Part shown: positions 8,536 through 19,428 of the stretch, piece by piece
Numbering within the stretch: position 1 is the stretch's first letter
Layout: every line of letters begins with the position of its first letter
Assembly (NCBI GenBank): GCA_030747505.1
Contig: JASLKQ010000005.1
Span: forward strand, 1 to 63,025
Source of the DNA: Verrucomicrobiota bacterium
GTDB lineage: Bacteria > Verrucomicrobiota > Verrucomicrobiia > Limisphaerales > UBA1100
Direction of reading: 5' to 3'
Length of the DNA: 63,025 bases
The notes under the pieces: model-generated
Database searches by the model: none
What the model saw: the letters and a program-made list of their open reading frames with translations, nothing else
What the model was told of the DNA's origin: nothing
Position numbers and translations under genes: made by a program

Positions 8536-11301
8536 TCAGGCTTCATGGAGAGCCTCAATGACTTGCCGAATCATGGACTCAACAAACTGTTGGCGAGGCT
8601 TATCCTCAATTTTTAAGCCCTTCTCATCCACAAGATAAAAACTGTCTGATACCCCCCCTTTTGCCGTGTTAATGCGCGCAAGCTCTATGGACAAACCAAG
8701 TGTGTTAAGCGTATGGGTTACCGCATAAAGAAGCCCGATATGATCCTCCGCCTCCAAATCAAGAACCGTAAATTCATCACTGGCTCGGTTATCAAAAAAT
8801 ATACGGGTAGCAATGCGCTCACCACTTAACGAGGTATATTCCACCGCAGATTCAGGGAGTTCTGCAAAATCGAGGTCAAGATCTGTTTCTGATTTTAAGG
8901 CCTCTTCCAACCGTTCAGAAAAAATCTTTCGCAATCCCGAGTCGGGCAAACCACCCGTCCTGGCATCAGTAAGCAAAAAACGGTCAATTATAATCGAATC
9001 TTCACGAGTAAAGATCTGCGCACTCAGGATGTTAAACCCGCACTCGGCAAACACCCCCGTTACCCGACTGAACAACCCCGGGCGGTCCCAGGTGCATACA
9101 CCCACGCTCGAACAGCCTCGGTTCAAGTCCTTTTCCCAGACAATCGCCGGCTTTAGCATGCGGTCATCATATAAAATCTGTTGCTCAAAGAACTCGTGCA
9201 CCAACTCGATATCCCCCGCAATTTCATCGGCGGGCAATGCTCTAAAGTAACGCGCGGGAAGATTGTTAAAATGCGCTTCAACTTCCTCTGGGGGAACCTT
9301 TCCCCCAAGAACCTTAATGGCCTCAGATTCGATCTCATCGCGCTGCCGCTCTTCCACCCGGACTGCTTCAGGGTCCCTACGGAAAAACGCGTGACTCTTC
9401 CAATACAACGTCCACTGCGTTGTTTCCTTGAAACCGTTCCATAAATTGTCAGCTGTTCCCAGTGAATCGGCCAGAGTATGAAGCATAAGAAGGTTGAGGT
9501 TTTCTTCAGTCTCTAGAGTTTCAGAAAATTGCTTTACCACCAACGGATCCTCCAAATCACGCCTTTGTGCAACCTGCACCATCAAAAGGTGATGACGAAT
9601 CACCAATAGCAAGCTCTCTGTAGCAGCTTCATCCAATTCCAAACGATCAGCTATATGATCAGCCACCCGTTCACTCTCCCTCTCATGATGATCACTCTCA
9701 AATCCTTTACCTGCATCGTGCAGTAAAAGAGCCAAATACAGAACTGAAGGTCGAGCTATCTCTTCAAAGACTTCGCGGTATTTCTCATAAGCATCCCATT
9801 TCCCATCCCATAATCCATCAAGCTTCTCTATGCACACGAGCGTATGTTCATCAACGGTGTACTGATGGAAAAATTCGTGCTGCACCAGACAGGTGAGCCG
9901 GCCGAATTCAGGAAGGTATCTTCCCAGAATATCCAATTCATGCATCCGGCGCAAAACATGACCTACTGCCCCCGGTTGATTTATTATTTCAAGAAACGTC
10001 TCGTGCACATCTGAATCCGTGCGCAGTTTCCTGTCCATCATCCAAGCATTGTCACGGATTAGTTGCGCCAGATTTGGGTGCAAACGCACACTATGACGCT
10101 GCATAAGAAGGAATACCCGCATAAGCTTGCGAGGCTGGTCCTTAAATACCCCGCGCCTAACATAATTTATCTCACCATCAATAATCTGAAACCCATCGAT
10201 CACCTGCTCCCGACCTCCCTTCACCCAACGCCCAATCGCCTGCTGCCATCTTGGTCGAGGGATAATGGCTAGTCTCATTTCGATGGATCGCACAATCAAA
10301 TCGATATTTCTTGCGTGGCGATAATAATCTCCCATAAACGCCTCCAGCCGTTTGGCAGGGGAACGATTCGTATAACCCAGACGCCAGGCGACCTTGGGCT
10401 GCACTGCCTTAGTCAGAGCATCCACAGGTCGCCCAAGCTGGTAGTGGAGTTCATTTCGGGAACGTAAAAGAAACGAATAAGCTGCCTCCAATTTCTCCGC
10501 ATCGGCTTTACTGATCTGTTTTTCTGTCTCCAGATCCTCAACAAAATGCAGGCCACATTTGAAATGCATCATCCATCGAAGGTTTTGGTAATCACGCAGC
10601 CCACCACAACCATTCTTGATATTTGGCTCCTGCAAGGTCGCCGCCCCTCCAAATTTTCCACGACGAGCAGCCTGATCCTCAATTCGCATGGAGATATACT
10701 TTTCAACTGAAGGTTTAACGCATTTTGCATAAACCTCTTTTTCCATCTTGGAGAATAAAGCCTCATCACCAACCACCAGTCTTGCCTCGATAAGAGCTGT
10801 CTTGGACTGCATATCTTTATTCGCCTCATCCACACAATCACGGACCCGTCGCACCGAATGACCAATCTTAAGCCCCAAATCCCAGAGCATATACAGAACC
10901 GTATCGATCACACTTTGTAAGTACACATCCGGCTTGGATCCACTCAATAAGCGATCTTCACAAAGAAACTGAATATCAATATCACTGTGTGGGTTGAGTT
11001 CAGCCCGCCCATACCCACCCAGAGCAACCACTGCCATGGCTGGCTGGTTCCCATCAGTCCCTTTTACCGCAATTCGAGCCGCTGCTTCAAAGAGATTAAG
11101 AATGAGGGCATCCATGAGAGCTGCACGGGCACGACATACTTCACGCCCAAGCCCACCTTCTCGGTGTAATTTTTTAAGGAGATTCTCTTCGTTCTTGAGA
11201 TAACGCTTGAACAGCGGCAATTCATCTGAAGGCAGGACATCCTCCGGCAAAGTCAGTTGCTCGGCTGCACGCCTCTGAATCTCTTTCACTACCGATCCCA
11301 C
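8536..11301 (-). CDS. glnD: Bifunctional PII uridylyltransferase / uridylyl-removing enzyme
   Basis: GGYGRAELNPHSDID nucleotidyltransferase motif, EPNIKNGCGGLRD, HQYTVDEH, LLHDAGK (HD domain), two C-terminal ACT domains. Confidence 0.95.
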   Translation of the reverse strand: MGSVVKEIQRRAAEQLTLPEDVLPSDELPLFKRYLKNEENLLKKLHREGGLGREVCRARAALMDALILNLFEAAARIAVKGTDGNQPAMAVVALGGYGRAELNPHSDIDIQFLCEDRLLSGSKPDVYLQSVIDTVLYMLWDLGLKIGHSVRRVRDCVDEANKDMQSKTALIEARLVVGDEALFSKMEKEVYAKCVKPSVEKYISMRIEDQAARRGKFGGAATLQEPNIKNGCGGLRDYQNLRWMMHFKCGLHFVEDLETEKQISKADAEKLEAAYSFLLRSRNELHYQLGRPVDALTKAVQPKVAWRLGYTNRSPAKRLEAFMGDYYRHARNIDLIVRSIEMRLAIIPRPRWQQAIGRWVKGGREQVIDGFQIIDGEINYVRRGVFKDQPRKLMRVFLLMQRHSVRLHPNLAQLIRDNAWMMDRKLRTDSDVHETFLEIINQPGAVGHVLRRMHELDILGRYLPEFGRLTCLVQHEFFHQYTVDEHTLVCIEKLDGLWDGKWDAYEKYREVFEEIARPSVLYLALLLHDAGKGFESDHHERESERVADHIADRLELDEAATESLLLVIRHHLLMVQVAQRRDLEDPLVVKQFSETLETEENLNLLMLHTLADSLGTADNLWNGFKETTQWTLYWKSHAFFRRDPEAVRVEERQRDEIESEAIKVLGGKVPPEEVEAHFNNLPARYFRALPADEIAGDIELVHEFFEQQILYDDRMLKPAIVWEKDLNRGCSSVGVCTWDRPGLFSRVTGVFAECGFNILSAQIFTREDSIIIDRFLLTDARTGGLPDSGLRKIFSERLEEALKSETDLDLDFAELPESAVEYTSLSGERIATRIFFDNRASDEFTVLDLEAEDHIGLLYAVTHTLNTLGLSIELARINTAKGGVSDSFYLVDEKGLKIEDKPRQQFVESMIRQVIEALHEA

Positions 11302-11387
11302 ATCACGTGGTTACCGTAAAATGAGCTTGATCAAAAGCCAAATAAGCCGTGCTTGCCTGTTTCCCCCATCGAACCCTAACGTGGTGT

Positions 11388-12158
11388 GTGCATCCGGTGG
11401 CTTTTGACATCAGCGGACTCACCGTTCATTGGTACGGTATCCTTCTGGCAACAGGTTTTATGGTCGGCATGTGGACAGCCGGCAGACGAGGCATGAAGAT
11501 CGGCCTCAGCCCTGAAGATATATCCAACCTGATGTTGTGGATATTTATCGGCGGCATAGCAGGGGCCAAGTTACTTTATGTAGCCAATCACTGGAATGGA
11601 GAAGAGCCCCTCAAGGACCTCATCCTGCAACGTTCAGGCATGGTATTTCATGGAGCATTGTTTGGAACCGCTATTGCTGTGTGGCTTTTTACCCGTAAAA
11701 CCAAAATGCCACTCTGGGCCACATTGGACACACTCGCCCCTAGCTTTGCTCTGGGCCATGCCTTTGGGCGCATCGGCTGTTTCATGACCGGGTGCTGTTA
11801 TGGTCGAGTTTGTGATCTGCCGTGGGCAGTCCAATTCCCCCAGAGCCATAGCACACACCCCTCCCACGTTCACCCTACTCAGCTTTATGAGAGCCTGCTG
11901 AATCTTGCCTTGTATGGCACCTTGGCATGGCTATTTAGAAACCGTAAATTCAACGGCCAGATATTTGCCTCCTACCTCATCGGCTATGCTCTCCTGCGTT
12001 TCGGAATGGAATTTCTACGGGCTGATGGTCGGGGGCATCTATGGTTCGGCGAGCTTACCTCCGGCCAGGGAATCAGTATAATCTTAATAATCGGAGGAGT
12101 GATGATTTGGCGATTTCTATCAGATCGAGAGAAACTTTCCATGGAAGCACCTGAATGA
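11388..12158 (+). CDS. lgt: Prolipoprotein diacylglyceryl transferase
   Basis: HPVAF...HWYG, GRIGCF and HPTQLYES motifs; multi-TM. GTG 11388 lies 5 nt after a TAACGT -10 element. Confidence 0.95.
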   Translation: MHPVAFDISGLTVHWYGILLATGFMVGMWTAGRRGMKIGLSPEDISNLMLWIFIGGIAGAKLLYVANHWNGEEPLKDLILQRSGMVFHGALFGTAIAVWLFTRKTKMPLWATLDTLAPSFALGHAFGRIGCFMTGCCYGRVCDLPWAVQFPQSHSTHPSHVHPTQLYESLLNLALYGTLAWLFRNRKFNGQIFASYLIGYALLRFGMEFLRADGRGHLWFGELTSGQGISIILIIGGVMIWRFLSDREKLSMEAPE

Positions 12159-13093
12159 ACCGCCATGAAACCCTGCGGGTGGAAACTTCACAACCCAAAG
12201 TACGGTTGGATAAGTTCCTGCAAAAAAAATTTCCGGATATCTCACGTGGAGCATTTCAACGCATGATTCAGGGTGGCAATATACTCATAGATGGGAAACC
12301 CGTCAAAAGCACTCACCACCCCAAGCCTGGCGAAAAAATTGCAATCACTTGGCCAATTGCGGAACCAGCTAAAGCTCAAGCTGAGGATATCCCATTGAAA
12401 ATCCTATTCGAGGACGAGTGCCTACTGGTGATCAACAAACCTCCGGGAATCGTCGTGCACCCTGCTGCAGGACACGCACAAGGCACTCTGGTTAATGCCT
12501 TGCTCCATCATTGTGCCGGGCAACTCAGTGGTGTGGGCGGAGTGGCCCGCCCGGGCATTGTTCATCGACTGGACAAGGATACCAGCGGATGCCTGGTGGT
12601 GGCCAAAAATGACTCGGCACATTTGGAGCTTTCGACCCAGTTTACCCAACGCAAAGTCACCAAGGTTTATCAGGCTTTGGTGTGTGGACAACCGCAAAAG
12701 AATCAGACAATCGTGAAGGCCCCCATTGCACGTCATCCCATTCACCGTAAAAAAATGGCGATTGTGAAAGGCGGACGCACCTCACATACCGATTTTGACA
12801 CCCTGAAACTCCTGAATCAATCAGCCCACGTTGAAGCTAAATTGCATACCGGAAGAACCCACCAGATCCGTGTGCATCTCCAACATCTGGGAACCCCGCT
12901 GATTGGTGATAAAATCTACGGAGGAAGAGCAGCGCGGGTGTTTTCCCAATCCACTGGCTACAAAGCCACAAGACAAATGCTCCATGCTTCTGAATTAGGA
13001 TTCACCCATCCCACTTCTGGGAAACCCATCCTTGCAAAAGCCCCATTACCTGCAGATTTTATCGATGCACTGGATTATCTCCATATTCGCTGA
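12155..13093 (+). CDS. rluD: RluA-family 23S rRNA pseudouridine synthase (RluD-like)
   Basis: S4 domain (RLDKFL), NKPPGIVVHP, HRLDKDTSG, TGRTHQIRVH and QMLHA motifs. Confidence 0.9.
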   Translation: MNRHETLRVETSQPKVRLDKFLQKKFPDISRGAFQRMIQGGNILIDGKPVKSTHHPKPGEKIAITWPIAEPAKAQAEDIPLKILFEDECLLVINKPPGIVVHPAAGHAQGTLVNALLHHCAGQLSGVGGVARPGIVHRLDKDTSGCLVVAKNDSAHLELSTQFTQRKVTKVYQALVCGQPQKNQTIVKAPIARHPIHRKKMAIVKGGRTSHTDFDTLKLLNQSAHVEAKLHTGRTHQIRVHLQHLGTPLIGDKIYGGRAARVFSQSTGYKATRQMLHASELGFTHPTSGKPILAKAPLPADFIDALDYLHIR

Positions 13094-13162
13094 AAATGGG
13101 TTGATTTACCGTTTTTCTCCTTTCACAGCATAACCCCCTGCGCTATTCTCCGCGGCCCGTTT

Positions 13163-14395
13163 ATGGCGAAACTTACCGTTAACGAACTGGATTTACAGGG
13201 TAAACGCGTCCTTACCCGTGTGGACTACAATGTCCCCATGGCCGAAAGCGATGGGGTGATGGTCATCAATGATGACACACGAATACGAGCCACCCTACCA
13301 ACCCTGAGGGCCATGATTGAAAAAGGGGCCAAGGTTGTTCTCTGCGCACACCTCGGTCGCCCCAAGGGTGAACGTGTGGACTCCATGAGCCTGCGCCCGG
13401 TCGCTCAAAAGCTTTCTGAACTGATCAACCAGCCCGTAGCCTTTTGTGATCAATGTGTAGGAGACAAAGTCACCGACGCTGTTTCCCAACTCAAGGACGG
13501 AAATATCCTCCTACTGGAAAACGTCCGTTATCATGCCGAAGAAGAAGCCAACGACACTGCCTTTTCCGAGAAACTTGCGGCGAATGCAGACATATATGTG
13601 AATGACGCATTCGGAGCAGCGCACCGTTCTCATGCCTCGACTGCCGGCGCAGCTCGCGTTGTTACAGAACGAGGAGGCCAGTGCGCCGCCGGTCTGTTAA
13701 TGGAGCGTGAGCTAAAATTTTTGGGCGAGGAATTGGAGTCTCCGAAAAGTCCCTTTGTCGTGATCCTTGGGGGAGCCAAAGTTTCAGACAAGATCAAGGT
13801 GATTGATAGACTTCTGGAAAAGGCTGACACGATCATTATCGGAGGAGCGATGGCCTACACCTTCAAACTGGCAAAAGGATTGCAGGTCGGGAAATCACTG
13901 GTGGAACCGGACAAGGTTGACGTCGCTCAGGCAGCACTCGAAAAGGCAAAGGAACGAAACGTCCAGTTTCTAATTCCGACTGACAATGTTGTAGCCGAAC
14001 CGACCCAGATCGATGGCAAGTTTGCCTTTGGTGATTACCGAATAAACGATAACGAAAACATCCCCGATGACATGGAAGGGGTAGACATTGGCCCCAAGTC
14101 CGCTGAAGCCTTTGGCGTGGTCATCAAAGGAGCCAAGACAATCCTGTGGAACGGCCCTATGGGAATCTTCGAAGATTCCCGTTTTGCTGAAGGCACCTAC
14201 AACGTGGCCAAGGCGGTTTGTGAGGCAACGGCCAATGGGGCTATCAGTATCATCGGAGGGGGTGATAGTGTGAAGGCTTTAAATAATGCCGGCCTTGGAG
14301 ACCAGACCACCTTTATGAGCACCGGCGGAGGTGCCAGCCTGGAATTTCTCGAAGGCAATGAACTCCCTGGCGTAACTGCCCTTACTGACAAATAA
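13163..14395 (+). CDS. pgk: Phosphoglycerate kinase
   Basis: [31 protein letters not shown] and STGGGASLE motifs. Confidence 0.98.
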   Translation: MAKLTVNELDLQGKRVLTRVDYNVPMAESDGVMVINDDTRIRATLPTLRAMIEKGAKVVLCAHLGRPKGERVDSMSLRPVAQKLSELINQPVAFCDQCVGDKVTDAVSQLKDGNILLLENVRYHAEEEANDTAFSEKLAANADIYVNDAFGAAHRSHASTAGAARVVTERGGQCAAGLLMERELKFLGEELESPKSPFVVILGGAKVSDKIKVIDRLLEKADTIIIGGAMAYTFKLAKGLQVGKSLVEPDKVDVAQAALEKAKERNVQFLIPTDNVVAEPTQIDGKFAFGDYRINDNENIPDDMEGVDIGPKSAEAFGVVIKGAKTILWNGPMGIFEDSRFAEGTYNVAKAVCEATANGAISIIGGGDSVKALNNAGLGDQTTFMSTGGGASLEFLEGNELPGVTALTDK

Positions 14396-14401
14396 TTTTG
14401 C

Positions 14402-15169
14402 ATGAATAAAGAACGTAAACTGATTGTTGCCGGTAACTGGAAAATGAATAAAACCGTTACCGAAGCGACTGCACTGGTAGAATCGCTGGATCGGGATTTA
14501 GGCACACAAACTGATGTCGACGTGGTGGTTTGCCCTCCCTTTACCGCGCTGGATGCAGTATCAGCAAAACTCAGGAATAGCCTGATAAAAGTTGGAGCCC
14601 AAAACATGAGCGAAAACGATTACGGCGCTTTTACCGGCGAAATTAATGCCGGAATGCTACGGGACTTACTCGTGCACTACGTCATTTTGGGCCATTCTGA
14701 ACGCCGAGAGTACCAGCAGGAATCAGACGCCATGGTATGCAGTAAGACCAAGGCCGCTCTTGCAGCAGGATTAAAACCCATTGTCTGCGTGGGAGAATCC
14801 TTGGCTCAACGCGATGCCAACGAGACCGAGGCCGTTATCGGAGGGCAATTGCAAGGCAGTCTTGCAGGATTAGATGCCGAGCAAATGAAAGGCACTGTCA
14901 TCGCCTATGAACCGGTTTGGGCAATTGGCACGGGAAAAACCGCCACCACAGAACAGGCCCAACAGGTGCATGCCTTTATCCGTCGAGAAATCAGCAAATC
15001 CCATGGCAATGAAATCGCCCAAACGATCCGGATTCAGTATGGCGGCAGTGTAAAACCAGATAACGCACGTGAACTTCTCTCTCAACCTGATGTGGACGGG
15101 GCTCTGGTTGGTGGGGCAAGCCTTGATGCCGGCAGCTTTTCTGATATTATCAACAACACACGAAACTAA
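14402..15169 (+). CDS. tpiA: Triosephosphate isomerase
   Basis: [29 protein letters not shown] and LVGGASL motifs. Confidence 0.98.
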   Translation: MNKERKLIVAGNWKMNKTVTEATALVESLDRDLGTQTDVDVVVCPPFTALDAVSAKLRNSLIKVGAQNMSENDYGAFTGEINAGMLRDLLVHYVILGHSERREYQQESDAMVCSKTKAALAAGLKPIVCVGESLAQRDANETEAVIGGQLQGSLAGLDAEQMKGTVIAYEPVWAIGTGKTATTEQAQQVHAFIRREISKSHGNEIAQTIRIQYGGSVKPDNARELLSQPDVDGALVGGASLDAGSFSDIINNTRN

Positions 15170-15178
15170 ACAAAAATT

Positions 15179-15565
15179 ATGGATCTCCTGAATAAACTTC
15201 TCACTGTGATATTGTTTCTTAACTGCCTCTTTCTCATCCTCCTGGTTCTGGTGCAACTGCCCAAGAAAGAAGCCGGGTTGGGCACCGCCTTCGGTGGAGG
15301 AGCCACCGATGCCCTCTTTGGGGCCGGCGCAGGCAATGTGCTCACCAAACTTACCAAATGGAACGCCGTAATCTTTCTATTCTTGTGTTTGTTGCTATCT
15401 CTGGACTTCATGCGCCCGAAGGATTTGAGTGAGACACTGGGGCAAAATACACCAACTGTTAATACCAAAACCCCGCCAAAAAATCCGACTGGAGTACCTG
15501 CCCTGCCCGAAACAGGACTTCCAGCCAATCCGCCCACGCCCTCGGACTCGAATCGAACGCAATAA
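15179..15565 (+). CDS. secG: Preprotein translocase subunit SecG with Pro-rich tail
   Basis: LILLVLVQ...GLGTAFGGG...LFG...LTKLT pattern; conserved tpiA-secG synteny. Confidence 0.92.
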   Translation: MDLLNKLLTVILFLNCLFLILLVLVQLPKKEAGLGTAFGGGATDALFGAGAGNVLTKLTKWNAVIFLFLCLLLSLDFMRPKDLSETLGQNTPTVNTKTPPKNPTGVPALPETGLPANPPTPSDSNRTQ

Positions 15566-15602
15566 AATCCGACAATCCCAATCTGCAAGATAGCAAAGAA
15601 GG

Positions 15603-17354
15603 CTAACGGTTTCCTGATATCCTTTCCTGAATGAACTCCACGTTGTCTCTGGGGATAGCGTCAATCAACCTGCGCGTGTAATCCTCTTTGGGTTGCGAAT
15701 AGATTTCCTCTGAATCTCCCAACTCTACAATTTTTCCACCCTCCATTACCGCCATGGAGTCGGCCATAAATTTTACCACGCTTAAATCATGGCTGATAAA
15801 AATGTAGGTCAGTCCACGTCGGCGCTGGAGCTGTTTAAGTAAGTTCAGTACCTGCGCCTGCACCGATACATCCATGGCACTGACAGCCTCATCACAAACG
15901 ATGAATTCGGGCTCTAAAGCCAAAGCGCGAGCCACACAAATACGCTGGCGTTGACCCCCTGAAAACTCATGGGGATATCGCCTCAGAAAGTGAGACTCCA
16001 ACCCCACTTCCTCCAGCAGTGAGACAACACGATCTTTCCGGTCTTTTGCCGTTCCAATCTTATGCACTGCCATTGGCTCAGAGAGCGTCTGCTCTATGGT
16101 AAGCCTTGGATTTAACGAAGAATACGGATCCTGAAAGATGATCTGCATCCGTTTTCGGTAAGGCAACATTGCTTTTGGTTCAGCCCCTGCAATTTCGTCG
16201 CCTGCAAACTTCACCCTTCCGCTGGTAGGTTTAACCAAATTCAATATCGCCCTGCCTGTGGTTGTCTTTCCACATCCTGATTCTCCCACCAGCCCCAAGG
16301 TGCTCCCACGTGGCACCGAAAAACTGATCCCATCAACCGCCTTTACCCAACCTTCAGAACCGGAGAAAAACCTTTGGCGCACCGGGAAATGAACACGGAG
16401 ATCTTTGACTTCGAGAAGCACATCCGAGTGGTCAATATTGGGCATTGTAATCTGCTGCATATCTTTGATGCACGTATCCGCATCAGGTCTCTCCTTTAAC
16501 TCCAACTGGCCGTCCTTCTCATATTCCTCCAGAAAATCAGAAACCGTAGGAAGCACTTTGAAGGTCGATTCAAGCCGAGGACGACAAGCCAAAAGCCCCT
16601 TGGTATATGGATGGTGCGGATTATCAAAAATTTGCAATACCTCCCCCTGCTCCACAATCTTTCCCCGATACATAACCGCAACCTGATTGGCTAATTCAGC
16701 TATCACCCCCAAGTCATGCGTAATAAAAATCACTGACACGCCGAGGTCATCCTGAAGTTCCTGTAACAACCGTAAAATCTGTGCCTGCACCGTCACGTCC
16801 AAAGCTGTCGTTGGCTCGTCAGCAATCAATACTTCTGGATCTGTAATCAATGCCATGGCAATCATTACCCGCTGCCGCATACCTCCGGAAAATTCATGAG
16901 GGTAGGAATGAATGCGTTTTTCTGCATCTGCGATACCTACTTTCTCCAGCATCTTGATTGCTCGATCCAACGCATTCTGGCGGGTGATATTGTCATGAAT
17001 TATGAGAGGCTCAATGATTTGCTCGGACACCCGCAGGTAGGGATTGAGTGAAGTCATCGGATCTTGAAAAATCATCGCAATCCGTTTCCCTCGTAATGCC
17101 CGCAGTAATTGCTTGTCTGCAGCCAAGAGATCGGTGTCATCAAATCTAGCAGACCCACCTTCAATCTTCCCCGGAGGCTGGGGGATCAGCCCCATTAAAG
17201 AATGTACGGTTACCGATTTACCAGATCCTGATTCCCCGACAATACCCAACACTTTCCCTTGCTCCAGACTGAAGGAAATATCATCCACCGCCTTTACCAC
17301 TCCATTTCGGGTATGGAAGTAAGTCTTTAGGTTATCGACTGTAAGATAAGACAT
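15603..17354 (-). CDS. Peptide ABC transporter ATP-binding protein, fused double NBD (OppD/OppF-like)
   Basis: Two Walker A motifs ([16 protein letters not shown]), two FSGG signatures, HPYT motif. Confidence 0.93.
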   Translation of the reverse strand: MSYLTVDNLKTYFHTRNGVVKAVDDISFSLEQGKVLGIVGESGSGKSVTVHSLMGLIPQPPGKIEGGSARFDDTDLLAADKQLLRALRGKRIAMIFQDPMTSLNPYLRVSEQIIEPLIIHDNITRQNALDRAIKMLEKVGIADAEKRIHSYPHEFSGGMRQRVMIAMALITDPEVLIADEPTTALDVTVQAQILRLLQELQDDLGVSVIFITHDLGVIAELANQVAVMYRGKIVEQGEVLQIFDNPHHPYTKGLLACRPRLESTFKVLPTVSDFLEEYEKDGQLELKERPDADTCIKDMQQITMPNIDHSDVLLEVKDLRVHFPVRQRFFSGSEGWVKAVDGISFSVPRGSTLGLVGESGCGKTTTGRAILNLVKPTSGRVKFAGDEIAGAEPKAMLPYRKRMQIIFQDPYSSLNPRLTIEQTLSEPMAVHKIGTAKDRKDRVVSLLEEVGLESHFLRRYPHEFSGGQRQRICVARALALEPEFIVCDEAVSAMDVSVQAQVLNLLKQLQRRRGLTYIFISHDLSVVKFMADSMAVMEGGKIVELGDSEEIYSQPKEDYTRRLIDAIPRDNVEFIQERISGNR

Positions 17355-17356
17355 GG

Positions 17357-18496
17357 TTAATCCTTTGACACTCGAACGTCCAATGCGTCCCTTAATCCAT
17401 CACCCAAAAAATTCAGAGAAAACAGGGTTAAAGCCAGAACCATTCCCGGGAAAAGCATCAACCATGGAAACTCCTCCAAAACCTTGGAGCCATCTCGAAT
17501 CAATAAGCCCCAGGAACTCATCGGCGGTTGAACCCCAAGCCCAAGAAAACTAAGAAACGCCTCCAACAACATCACCACCGGAATAGTCAGTGTAGTATAT
17601 ACAATTACCGGCCCCAGACAATTCGGGATAATATGACGTAATACAATTCGCCACTGGGGAATCCCCAAAGCAATCGCTGCCTCAACAAACTCCTGTTTTC
17701 GCAACGAAAGCACCTGCCCCCGAACAATCCGAGACATGGTGAGCCATTCCACTGCCCCAATAGCCAAAAACAGATTCCAAATATTACGGTCAAAGATAAC
17801 GGTTAGAAGAATTACAAAAATGGTGAAGGGTAATGCGTAAAGAATATCAACAAACCGCATCATCAGATCATCCACCCGGCCTCCAAAAAACCCAGCCACT
17901 GCACCGAAGAGAACCCCGATGGTCAACGAGACTGCTGTCGCACAAAGGCCGACCATAAGCGAAATCCGCCCTCCATAAAGGATACGGGTGAAGAGGTCAC
18001 GGCCCAATTCATCTGTCCCGAGTAAATGCCCGCGCGATTTCAACAAAATAAAATTAGCTCTCTCTGGGATTTCCTCAAGGGGATCGAACCCTTCAGAAGT
18101 AATGACCATTGCCATTAAGTTTGTATTCCCTGGAGCAGAAGCAACCCAAAGGGTACGTCCATAATCTTGGCCCTCAATAGTCCGGTGTAACTCGGTCGAA
18201 TCAGCCGGCAAGACATCGATCTCCCCTTCATAGCCAGCTGCCAAAACCTGAGCACGTTGCTGTGTACAGGTACCATAAACCAGCTGCTGGGTATCCCATG
18301 TTAACTGTGGCCCGGTAGCCCCAAGCTCCAAATTTTGTGTTTCATACCTATAAGGCGAAATCCATGGAGCGCAGAGGGAAAGCAAACCCAAAGTCAATAA
18401 AACAGCTCCCCCAACAACTGCCATCCGGTTGCGACTCAACCGGATCCACGCATCCCTCCAGAGTGAACTGGAATTTTGGGCATTCATTTCACTCAT
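17357..18496 (-). CDS. oppC: Peptide ABC transporter permease (OppC-like) with an inserted loop domain
   Basis: SLWRDAW, HLLGTDELGRD, EFVEAA and EAFLSFLGLG motifs; ATGA overlap with oppB at 18493-18496. Confidence 0.9.
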   Translation of the reverse strand: MSEMNAQNSSSLWRDAWIRLSRNRMAVVGGAVLLTLGLLSLCAPWISPYRYETQNLELGATGPQLTWDTQQLVYGTCTQQRAQVLAAGYEGEIDVLPADSTELHRTIEGQDYGRTLWVASAPGNTNLMAMVITSEGFDPLEEIPERANFILLKSRGHLLGTDELGRDLFTRILYGGRISLMVGLCATAVSLTIGVLFGAVAGFFGGRVDDLMMRFVDILYALPFTIFVILLTVIFDRNIWNLFLAIGAVEWLTMSRIVRGQVLSLRKQEFVEAAIALGIPQWRIVLRHIIPNCLGPVIVYTTLTIPVVMLLEAFLSFLGLGVQPPMSSWGLLIRDGSKVLEEFPWLMLFPGMVLALTLFSLNFLGDGLRDALDVRVSKD

Positions 18497-19413
18497 GTGC
18501 CACGGAGTCGGGGATTGAGCCAAACCTGGATAATATCCACCAACAGATTCAGCAGGATAATTAAGGCCGCAAAGAAAAGTACTGTCCCCATCACCATCGT
18601 ATAATCACGATTGAAGGCTGCCTCGACAAAGTGCCTCCCTAATCCGGGGATTTGAAAAATTGTCTCCACCACAAAAGAACCGGATATTAGACCCGCAACC
18701 GCCGGGCCCAGAAATGCCACAACCGGCATCAGCCCCCCTCGAAGTCCGTGCTTCAGTAAAACACGTGCTTCACTGGCTCCCTTTGCCCGGGCCGTCCGGA
18801 TATAGTCCTGACTCATGACCTCCAGCATTCCTCCGCGCGTGAGACGTGCAACATAGGCGGCATAGACTCCTCCCAGAGTTAAAGCCGGCAAGACACGATC
18901 AGCCCATTGATCCCAGCCTGAGGCATTGAACCATTCCAATTTCAAAGAAAATACTAGGATCAAAATCGGCCCCATGACAAATGTTGGCACACAAATGCCG
19001 ACCATAGCCAAAGTCATTGGAGTATAATCAAGAAAACTGTTGGGCCTAATGGAGGCAATCATCCCCGCTGTGAGTCCCAAACCCAACGCTACCAAAAGCG
19101 ACCACAAACCCAATTCAGCTGAGACAGGAAAAGCTTTAACAATTACTTCATTAACAGTGCGGTTGGAGTGTTTGAAAGAGGGCCCCAAATCACCAACCAT
19201 CAGTTTCCCGAGAAATTCCAGATATTGCGCAGATAACGGTTTATCCAATCCATAGTGCGCTTCCAATTGTTTTTTTATTTCCGGATCTTTAATCGGTTTT
19301 TCACGGTCAAAAGGTCCACCCGGAGTAAGCCGAAGCATAAAGAAAGTGATTGTGGCAATCACTAAAAGAACAGGAATGGCCTTAAGGAGCCTAAAGAAAA
19401 TCAATTTCCACAT
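18493..19413 (-). CDS. oppB: Peptide ABC transporter permease (OppB-like)
   Basis: PGGPFD, GDLGPSF, DYIRTARAKG, ETIFQIPGLG and NRDY motifs. Confidence 0.93.
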   Translation of the reverse strand: MWKLIFFRLLKAIPVLLVIATITFFMLRLTPGGPFDREKPIKDPEIKKQLEAHYGLDKPLSAQYLEFLGKLMVGDLGPSFKHSNRTVNEVIVKAFPVSAELGLWSLLVALGLGLTAGMIASIRPNSFLDYTPMTLAMVGICVPTFVMGPILILVFSLKLEWFNASGWDQWADRVLPALTLGGVYAAYVARLTRGGMLEVMSQDYIRTARAKGASEARVLLKHGLRGGLMPVVAFLGPAVAGLISGSFVVETIFQIPGLGRHFVEAAFNRDYTMVMGTVLFFAALIILLNLLVDIIQVWLNPRLRGT

Positions 19414-19428
19414 TGGAATTGCCGAAGA

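Noticed and set aside
15566-15602. tRNA-Leu often found after secG
   Set aside because: Only 37 nt separate the convergent stops, with no cloverleaf.
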